A stretch of DNA of 64,000 bases from an uncultured Acidobacteriaceae bacterium (GTDB taxonomy: Bacteria > Acidobacteriota > Terriglobia > Terriglobales > Acidobacteriaceae): positions 107,341-171,340 of the forward strand of contig CAXSGC010000001.1 in assembly GCA_964236945.1 (NCBI GenBank). Reading direction: 5' to 3'. Positions 57,446 to 64,000 of this stretch are shown one piece after another. Numbering within the stretch: the first letter of the stretch is position 1; each line of letters starts with the position of its first letter. Under the pieces are notes generated by a model, which saw nothing but the letters and a program-made list of their open reading frames with translations, was not told the origin of the DNA and searched no databases. The translations under genes were made by a program, and so were the position numbers.

Positions 57446-58885
57446 ATGGCCCTGGAGTCAATCAATCCCGCCAATGGAAAGCTCTTGCGCCGCTTCGATC
57501 CCATCGATGCGACGACCCTCCGCGAGAAAGTGGCGCGCGCGCATGTCGCCTTTCGCGCTTACGGGCACGTGCCGATCGAACATCGCGCGCTCTGCATGCG
57601 CAAGCTGGCGTCGATCCTGGACAGCGAAGCCGAAGATCTCGCGCGCACCATTACGATCGAGATGGGCAAACCCATTGCGGCGGCGCGGCAGGAGATCCTG
57701 AAATGTGCCGGCACGTGTCTCTTCTACGCGGAAGAGGCCGCGCGCATGTTGGCGCCCGAGTCGATCGCCACCGAGGCCGCTCATAGCTACGTCCGATGGG
57801 ATCCGCTCGGCGTCTTGCTGGCGGTGATGCCGTGGAACTTTCCCTTCTGGCAGGTCTTCCGCTGCCTCGTTCCGGCACTGATGGCCGGCAACGTCGTTCT
57901 TCTGAAACACGCTTCCAACGTGCCGCAGTGCGCGCTCGCGATCGAAAGTCTGGTCCGCCGATCGGGCTTTCCCCCTGGAACATTTCAGGCGCTGCTCATC
58001 GATGTCCAAGCCGTCGAATCCGTGCTCGCCGACGATCGCGTTGTCGCGGTCACCGTCACCGGAAGCGAGGCCGCCGGCCGAGCGATCGGCGCGCAGGCGG
58101 GTTGGCTGATCAAGAAGTCGGTGATGGAGCTCGGTGGCAGCGACCCCTTCATCGTGATGAGCTCCGCCGACCTCGATCGTGCCTCCGAGATGGCGGTTCG
58201 ATCGCGCCTGATCAACAGCGGGCAATCCTGCATCGCGGCCAAACGCTTTCTGCTCGCAGCCGAAATCTACGATCGCTTCACCGAACGCTTTGTCGCCGGC
58301 ATGCGCGAGATGGTCGTCGGCGATCCGTTGAACAGCAACACGGACGTGGGCCCGCTCGCGACAAAACGTCTGCTCGACGACCTCGAATTGCAGGTCGGCG
58401 CTGCCGTCAAAGCCGGTGCACGCGTGCTGACGGGCGGCCACCGCATCCGCGGTCTTACAACGGACGGGCCCGAGGACGCCAAGGGAGAGGGAAACTTCTT
58501 CCAGCCCACCGTTCTCGAGGGCGTTCCGCGCACCTCGCCCGTCTACCGCGAAGAGCTGTTTGGGCCGGTGGCCATGCTCTTTCGCGTCCGGGATCTCGAC
58601 GAAGCGATCGCGATCGCGAACGACACCCCGTTCGGCCTGGGCGCCTCGGTCTGGACGCGCGATCCCGCCGAACAGCAGCGTCTGATTGCGGAGCTCGAAT
58701 GCGGCATGGTGTTTCTGAACACGATCGTCGTGAGCGACCCGCGCCTGCCGTTCGGCGGGGTCAAACACTCCGGTTTCGGCCGCGAACTCTCGGCCTTCGG
58801 CATGCGTGAGTTCATGAACGCAAAAACAGTCGTGATCGGCGCGCCGCCATCTTCGCCTTCACCTTCAAGAAGCTCCGCCCGGTAA
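57446..58885 (+). CDS. NAD(P)-dependent aldehyde dehydrogenase (succinate-semialdehyde dehydrogenase, Sad-like)
   Basis: MPWNFPFWQ, LKHASN, TGS, ELGGSDP, NSGQSCIAAKR, ELFGP, FGGVKHSGFGREL. Confidence 0.93.
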   Translation: MALESINPANGKLLRRFDPIDATTLREKVARAHVAFRAYGHVPIEHRALCMRKLASILDSEAEDLARTITIEMGKPIAAARQEILKCAGTCLFYAEEAARMLAPESIATEAAHSYVRWDPLGVLLAVMPWNFPFWQVFRCLVPALMAGNVVLLKHASNVPQCALAIESLVRRSGFPPGTFQALLIDVQAVESVLADDRVVAVTVTGSEAAGRAIGAQAGWLIKKSVMELGGSDPFIVMSSADLDRASEMAVRSRLINSGQSCIAAKRFLLAAEIYDRFTERFVAGMREMVVGDPLNSNTDVGPLATKRLLDDLELQVGAAVKAGARVLTGGHRIRGLTTDGPEDAKGEGNFFQPTVLEGVPRTSPVYREELFGPVAMLFRVRDLDEAIAIANDTPFGLGASVWTRDPAEQQRLIAELECGMVFLNTIVVSDPRLPFGGVKHSGFGRELSAFGMREFMNAKTVVIGAPPSSPSPSRSSAR

Positions 58886-58912
58886 AAACAGCAATCGGGC
58901 ATGAGATCGGAT

Positions 58913-61846
58913 TCAGAAGCTGAACGAAGCCTGCAACTGCAGTCGCTGGACCGCGGCACTCGATGTGTACGGCGGACCCGAGAGCTGCAGGGACTGGCCG
59001 AAGTTGCGCGACGTCAGAGTGCCGACCGGAACCGTCAGGTTCTCCTTGTTGAAGACGTTCTGCAACTGCGCCCCAAGCGTCAGGTTGTAGCGCTTGCCGG
59101 TGCTGGTTCCGCCTCCGCCCATACCGACCCCGGGACCTCCACGACCGCCACCGCCGCCGCCACGTCCACCCGGTCCACCGGGACCTCCGGGGCCGCCCTG
59201 CGCAGGTCCGCCCTGCCCGCTCCCTCGGTCTGCTCCTTCCGAGTTCCTCCGCCCAAAGCCAAAGGTCTTCGTCGCCCGCAGATTCATGGTGAACAGCGCT
59301 GGTCCCGTGCAGTAGTTGATCGGAATCGGCGCATAGCTCGTCCCAAACGCCGGGATTGAGAAGGTGTTTGCGTCCGTGCATCTGGCGGAGGTCTGTCCCG
59401 CGAGAAACGTGGGCCGATCGTTGACGATGCTGTCCCCGTTCGTATCCTCGCCGGAGGTAATGTTGTACGGCTGGCCGGACTGCGCCAGAACAAACGGACT
59501 GAGGGAGATAAAGTGCGGCAGAGTGACGTTGCCACCGAGAAACAGCCGACTGCGCACGTCAAAGGCGGCACGTCCGTAGTCCGCGCCGATGTTGCCCGGG
59601 ATCGAAGGAAAGTAGTTCGGTCCAGAGGTGTCCGCGTGCGCGAAGTTCAGGCCGTAGTAGCCGAAAAGCGTTATACGTCGAGTCCGGATATTGAAGTTCG
59701 TATTGAGCTGGTTCTGCCGGAAGACGCCCTCGGACTGGTACTGGTCGGTGACCGGAAGACCTGTGTTCAACGCAGAGTAGGGGCGCCCGATCGCCGCCGT
59801 GTTCTGGCTGAGAAACTGATGGACACCACGCGCGTTCAGGTAGTTCACGCTGACGGTTGCCCCACGAAACAGCTGCTGGTCGATGCCAAATGCGGTCTGC
59901 ATCGTGTACGGACTTCGAAGGTGCGGCGCGATCGTGTACGTGGTGTTGCCCACCGCCGAAACGGCCGCAAGACAAGCTGCAACATCACTCGGGGCGCATC
60001 CGGGCGCGCTGTTTCCGACGTTCGAGAGAGTGTACTGCGTCTGGTTCACACCATTCTCGCGAAAGGTCGTGAGGACGTTGCCCAGGTTGAACCGGTCATA
60101 AAAGATGCCGAAGCCGCCGCGGACCACTGTCCTCGGCGAGCCCTTCGCCGATCCCAAACCATACGCAAACGAGACACGCGGAGCGAAGTCGTGGTGATCG
60201 CTGATCTGGTTCTGCGTCTCATAGCGGAAGCCATAGCTGAACGTCAGATTCGGCCGTGGCTTCCAATCGCTCTCCGCATAGATACCGAGGTCCGTCAGGC
60301 GTGCCCGGACCGTTGGAACATTCACGCGTGTGAAGCTGAAGTTCTGGACATTGTTGTTCTGGTAAGCGTCCAGGCTCGCGTAGCTGAAGATGCCGTTGGT
60401 GCCGGCGTTTGTATTGGTCGCCTCGCGCGTCGTCCGCAGGCGGCCGCCGAATCGAATGAAGTTCTTCGCCAGCTGCACGGAGGTGTAGTTCTGGACTTCG
60501 ATGTGCTCCTGATGATCCGAGTTCGCGCCTCCACTCGACCCGCCGGAGATGAACGAGCTTTGCACGTTGATCGTAGGTGCGTAGCTCTGCGCGCTCTGGG
60601 TCGACCGGTTGCGCTGAAACTCGAAGCGCGTCTCGTTGATGATGCGCGAGCTCACGATCTGCGAGTCGCTGATCTGGATCTCCGCTTCGTTGGAATCGGT
60701 GTTGTACGCAGTCGACGGCAGATTGAAGCTGCCCAGACCATTGTTGGTGCTGCTGTTCTGCGTGTACTGAAATCGCGCCGTAAGCGTGTTTGTGTTGCTT
60801 AGTGCAAAGTCCAGCCGCGGGCTGAGTTCTGTACGCGTCTGCGGAAACGTCGTAGCATTCTGCAGCTGCTGGATGACGCAGGTTGCGGACGCCGATCCGG
60901 GCGGGCAGAGCGTTGCCGAGCCGTTGCCTGTAGAGTCGCTGGCCGGCGTCAGAACCGTCCCGTTGAAGATCGCGTTGTCCTGAATGTTGCGATGCGACCC
61001 GGACATGGTGAAGGACGACTTCGATGTGATCGGACCGGTGATGCTGCCAAACATGAAGATCGTGTGGTACGGCGGCTGGGCGATGGCGACCTGCCCGGGA
61101 GACAGGTACTGATTCAGGACCGGATTGCCGGTGTTGAAGCTGGAATCGTTTCCATTGATCTGGTAGCTTCCGTGAAATTTGTCGGTTCCCGGCTTGGTAA
61201 ATACCTCCACACGACCGAATCCCAGACGATCGTACTGCGCCGAAAACGGGTTCTGATTCACGCGGATCTCGCGGATCGAAGACTTCGGCGGAAGTTGCCC
61301 ACCCGTAAATCCGTCCACATAGATCTGCCCGCCATTAGGTCCGGCTGCCGGGCCCGCAAGTGCCGTCAGCTCCGACGAAAGCTCGTCCGGGTCGTCCGAC
61401 AGAGCGTCCAGATCCTTGCCCTTGATCACCGTCGAGCTCGCGTTGTTGTCCTGATCGACGCTGAGCTGCGTCCCCTGCGCCGTGACCTGAATCTCCTGGT
61501 TTGTGGTCGAAATCGCCATCTTTGTATCCAGAGTCACAGCCTGCCCCGCGCCTATCCGCAAACCCTGTTTTACATAGCTCGCGAAACCTTTCATCGTGAC
61601 GGTGAGCGAGTAGGTCCCGGGGGGCACTGCATTGAAGAGATAGGTGCCATCGGAGCCGGACATCACCGTCAGCGCCCGTCCCGCCGCCGGCGTCAGAGTC
61701 GCCGTCGCTCCAGGAATCAGCGCATCGTCCGGGTCCGTCACCGTTCCGCGCACGGTCGCGCCGGCTCCTCCCTGCGCGAACCCGGGACGCGACACAAGCA
61801 GAGACAAGGACATCAACCACAAAAGTAGACCTGCGCGAAGAGACAT
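58913..61846 (-). CDS. TonB-dependent-receptor-like outer-membrane protein with N-terminal carboxypeptidase-regulatory-like domain
   Basis: SD AGGAG before ATG 61846; signal peptide, plug-like region (GRVEVFTKPG), beta-barrel strands and C-terminal QASFSF. Confidence 0.88.
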   Translation of the reverse strand: MSLRAGLLLWLMSLSLLVSRPGFAQGGAGATVRGTVTDPDDALIPGATATLTPAAGRALTVMSGSDGTYLFNAVPPGTYSLTVTMKGFASYVKQGLRIGAGQAVTLDTKMAISTTNQEIQVTAQGTQLSVDQDNNASSTVIKGKDLDALSDDPDELSSELTALAGPAAGPNGGQIYVDGFTGGQLPPKSSIREIRVNQNPFSAQYDRLGFGRVEVFTKPGTDKFHGSYQINGNDSSFNTGNPVLNQYLSPGQVAIAQPPYHTIFMFGSITGPITSKSSFTMSGSHRNIQDNAIFNGTVLTPASDSTGNGSATLCPPGSASATCVIQQLQNATTFPQTRTELSPRLDFALSNTNTLTARFQYTQNSSTNNGLGSFNLPSTAYNTDSNEAEIQISDSQIVSSRIINETRFEFQRNRSTQSAQSYAPTINVQSSFISGGSSGGANSDHQEHIEVQNYTSVQLAKNFIRFGGRLRTTREATNTNAGTNGIFSYASLDAYQNNNVQNFSFTRVNVPTVRARLTDLGIYAESDWKPRPNLTFSYGFRYETQNQISDHHDFAPRVSFAYGLGSAKGSPRTVVRGGFGIFYDRFNLGNVLTTFRENGVNQTQYTLSNVGNSAPGCAPSDVAACLAAVSAVGNTTYTIAPHLRSPYTMQTAFGIDQQLFRGATVSVNYLNARGVHQFLSQNTAAIGRPYSALNTGLPVTDQYQSEGVFRQNQLNTNFNIRTRRITLFGYYGLNFAHADTSGPNYFPSIPGNIGADYGRAAFDVRSRLFLGGNVTLPHFISLSPFVLAQSGQPYNITSGEDTNGDSIVNDRPTFLAGQTSARCTDANTFSIPAFGTSYAPIPINYCTGPALFTMNLRATKTFGFGRRNSEGADRGSGQGGPAQGGPGGPGGPGGRGGGGGGRGGPGVGMGGGGTSTGKRYNLTLGAQLQNVFNKENLTVPVGTLTSRNFGQSLQLSGPPYTSSAAVQRLQLQASFSF

Positions 61847-61979
61847 CAGAACTCCTACCCTCATATATCGGCTGTTCATTCAGAAACTTTAGGCCTGCAA
61901 CAAAGAAGTCAGCACCGATGTCATCGGAGGTTCGTCACCGCTGATTGCATCCCCCAGCCTGGCTACGCGGAATGCCAGA

Positions 61980-63329
61980 TCACTGCGTGCCGCCCTCGGG
62001 AGCTCCGCCGCCGACACTCCACGGCGAGAGAACCATGGCCTCGGACCCGCTCGGCGCTGCCGCCAGAATCGGACCTACCCCCGAGAGCACGGTGATCGCC
62101 GTCATCGGGTCGGCCGGCGACGCCTGCGAGGCGACAATCATCACCGCATCGCCCGTGTGCAGACTTGAAACCGGCAGAGCCGGCAGGCGGGCAACCATCT
62201 GCGAGAGATCTCCTCCCGCCGATCTTCCACCTCCAGGCCGGCCGCCCCCGGGCCGCGCACCGCCGGATCCGCCCGGCTCGCCTCCCTGAACACCGCCTGC
62301 ACCGGACCCTGCGGAAGCTCCGCCGGATGCTGGAGCAGAAGCGCCCGTAGCCCCGGCTCCGGAACGTCCAGCCCCTCCAACAGTTCCGCCTACACGAGCT
62401 CCACCACCCTGCCTTCCGTCCTGACTACCATTTGGGGACGCATCCGGGTGTTGCCGCGCCGCAAACCCCGCAGCCTGCTCCGGCGAAAGCATATGAATCG
62501 CCGTGTTGGGCGTAATCTTGACCGCGACGTTCCGCTTGGTCGTCAGATCCTTAAGCGAGATTGCCGAGCCCGTCGCGTCCACGCTGAGGAGCGTTCCCGA
62601 AACGTTGCGAAACGATCCACTGACGATCTCCTCTGCCTGCTCCTCCGCCTGCTGCGGGCCGGCATCGGACCGCCTTCCACGGACGCGAATCTGATCGCCC
62701 ACATGGATCTCGGCCAGGGTCCCAGGCTTGGCGTCTTCAAAGCGCACCGAATCTCCCGCGTACCGGCGAAAGATCGTCTTGTCAGTGGTCAAAACCTCTG
62801 TTTTGCGCGTCCCGGATGTCACCGTAATCGTTCCCGTCGCCGGGTCGACCGCGCTCACCAGACCTCCGCTCCCGCGCCTCTGCCAATCCGCCGCCTCCCC
62901 CTGTCGCTTCTGATCGATGTCCGACGAGCGCATCAGAATCACGCGCACGGCAGAAAATCCGGCGCCATTCGCGCTTCCCGTCGCCAGCACACGATCGCCT
63001 ACCGCGATATCCGTGAAGCTGCCCGGCTGCGCCGACTTCAGGTCCTTGCTGCCCGGCGCCAGTTGAAGCACACGCGCCGCGGCCGGCACGTCTACCGTGA
63101 CACCCTGGCCGGCGTCGGTCGTCAGCGTCAACGTCGATCCCTCGATGCGCTTCACCGTTCCGATCTGACGCGCCAGGGGAGCCGCTGCCGTCGCACCCGC
63201 GGGAGCGCTTTGAGCCCGCAAACCGGGAACTCCGCTCAGGAGCGCTGCCGACACCGCAAGGCTGACGAGAAGTGGCCGCCACGAGCGAGAAAGCCCAAAA
63301 AGCATAGTAAAGATCCTTCGCTGAAACAT
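61980..63329 (-). CDS. Secreted protein with repeated small beta domains (DUF5666-like)
   Basis: Signal peptide; three similar units (IGTVKRI...IAVGDRVLA, GLVSAVD...IHVGDQIRV, GTLLSVD...LHTGDAVMI) and a Gly-rich linker. Confidence 0.75.
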   Translation of the reverse strand: MFQRRIFTMLFGLSRSWRPLLVSLAVSAALLSGVPGLRAQSAPAGATAAAPLARQIGTVKRIEGSTLTLTTDAGQGVTVDVPAAARVLQLAPGSKDLKSAQPGSFTDIAVGDRVLATGSANGAGFSAVRVILMRSSDIDQKRQGEAADWQRRGSGGLVSAVDPATGTITVTSGTRKTEVLTTDKTIFRRYAGDSVRFEDAKPGTLAEIHVGDQIRVRGRRSDAGPQQAEEQAEEIVSGSFRNVSGTLLSVDATGSAISLKDLTTKRNVAVKITPNTAIHMLSPEQAAGFAARQHPDASPNGSQDGRQGGGARVGGTVGGAGRSGAGATGASAPASGGASAGSGAGGVQGGEPGGSGGARPGGGRPGGGRSAGGDLSQMVARLPALPVSSLHTGDAVMIVASQASPADPMTAITVLSGVGPILAAAPSGSEAMVLSPWSVGGGAPEGGTQ

Positions 63330-63512
63330 CGTCGTCCGCAGAGATCCGATCGGCGTCCCTACGGAACAGCGCGGCTGGAGGGGGGAAGAACTGAGTGCAT
63401 AACTATGGTAACCGCTCCGGCCAACCTACGCGAGCCACACGTCTGGCCCCGGGCACGCCTGCCCGAAACAGGCCGACACGCCCGCCCAAAACAGAAGGCG
63501 ACACACCCGGAA

Positions 63513-63539
63513 GACGTCCTCGATGCGCGATAAGTTTCG
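63513..63539 (-). promoter_or_regulatory. Possible ECF-sigma promoter upstream of the DUF5666-like / receptor pair
   Basis: Minus strand CGAAAC-N17-CGTC, matching the general ECF -35 (AAC) / -10 (CGT) layout. Confidence 0.35.
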
Positions 63540-63597
63540 CGCCTGTCGATCGGCTATTTGTTTCGCTCGGAACTGGCAGATCCGTCGGGGCGCCGAT

Positions 63598-63999
63598 CTA
63601 GTCCGTCTCGCACGTCAGCACGGCCAGACTGCGAGGTGGAAGCGTCACCTCTCCTTGCGAACTCTTGATTCCGTCCACACTCTCCAGCACCAGACGGAAG
63701 TTCTCAGGACTCTCCAGAACGGCCGGCTCCATGCCCAGGTTCGCCAGCACGATCACACCACTCCTCTGCATGCTCAGCCACCGCTTCTGCTCATCGAAGC
63801 GCACGCGCAGGTGCCCCGTATCGCCATCGTTGAGCGACGGCGAACTTCGCCGGAACCGGATCAGCTGCTTCGTCCACTCCAGCATCTCCGCATGCTGACC
63901 CTCATGCACCTCGCTCCAATTCAGCTTGGATCGCTGAAACGTCTCCGGGCTTTCGGGGTCGGGGATCTCGTCCGAGTTCCAACCAAACGCCGCAAAGTC
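63598..63999 (-). CDS. treZ: Malto-oligosyltrehalose trehalohydrolase, C-terminal part (5' end outside the window)
   Basis: Minus strand reads DFAAFGWNSDEIPDPESPETFQRSKLNWSEVHEGQHAEMLEWTKQLIRFRR, a TreZ C-terminal signature. Confidence 0.88.
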   Translation of the reverse strand, partial: DFAAFGWNSDEIPDPESPETFQRSKLNWSEVHEGQHAEMLEWTKQLIRFRRSSPSLNDGDTGHLRVRFDEQKRWLSMQRSGVIVLANLGMEPAVLESPENFRLVLESVDGIKSSQGEVTLPPRSLAVLTCETD

Positions 64000-64000
64000 C

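Overview
High-GC bacterial chromosomal window. Gene content and repeat style suggest Acidobacteriota (Terriglobia/Acidobacteriaceae); this is an inference, as no database search was possible. Layout: (1) 1-22.9 kb is an exosortase/PEP-CTERM-type exopolysaccharide locus: TPR lipoprotein, EpsI, exosortase, Wza-like export protein, OM beta-barrel, chain-length determinant, ExeA-like ATPase, tyrosine kinase, priming sugar transferase, GT2, O-antigen ligase/polymerase-like protein, three GT4s, an uncharacterised enzyme and an epimerase. It embeds a divergent pair of sigma-54 activators, one with a degenerate receiver and one with none. (2) 23-46 kb holds mixed metabolic and housekeeping genes (Tat-lipoprotein flavoenzyme, ackA-phosphoketolase, LysR, trpG, acyltransferase, efp, acyP, apt, thiL, rsmD, rsmI, peptidases). 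(3) 45.8-49 kb is a sulfur-carrier cysteine module (CysM-like, JAMM protease, MoaD/ThiS-like carrier with masked Gly-Gly, MoeZ). (4) 50.4-58.9 kb is a purine/ureide catabolic cluster ending in three plant-like enzymes, with a frameshifted uraD. (5) 58.9-64 kb has a TonB-dependent-like receptor, a DUF5666-like protein and partial treZ. Non-gene signals: GC skew flips from G-rich to C-rich at about 44-52 kb with a dif-like 28-mer at 50949-50976 (probable replication terminus), two copies of a 137-bp MITE-like element, several REP-like palindrome families, many short tandem duplications (three spanning stop codons), and several apparently leaderless genes. No tRNA, rRNA or CRISPR array was found.
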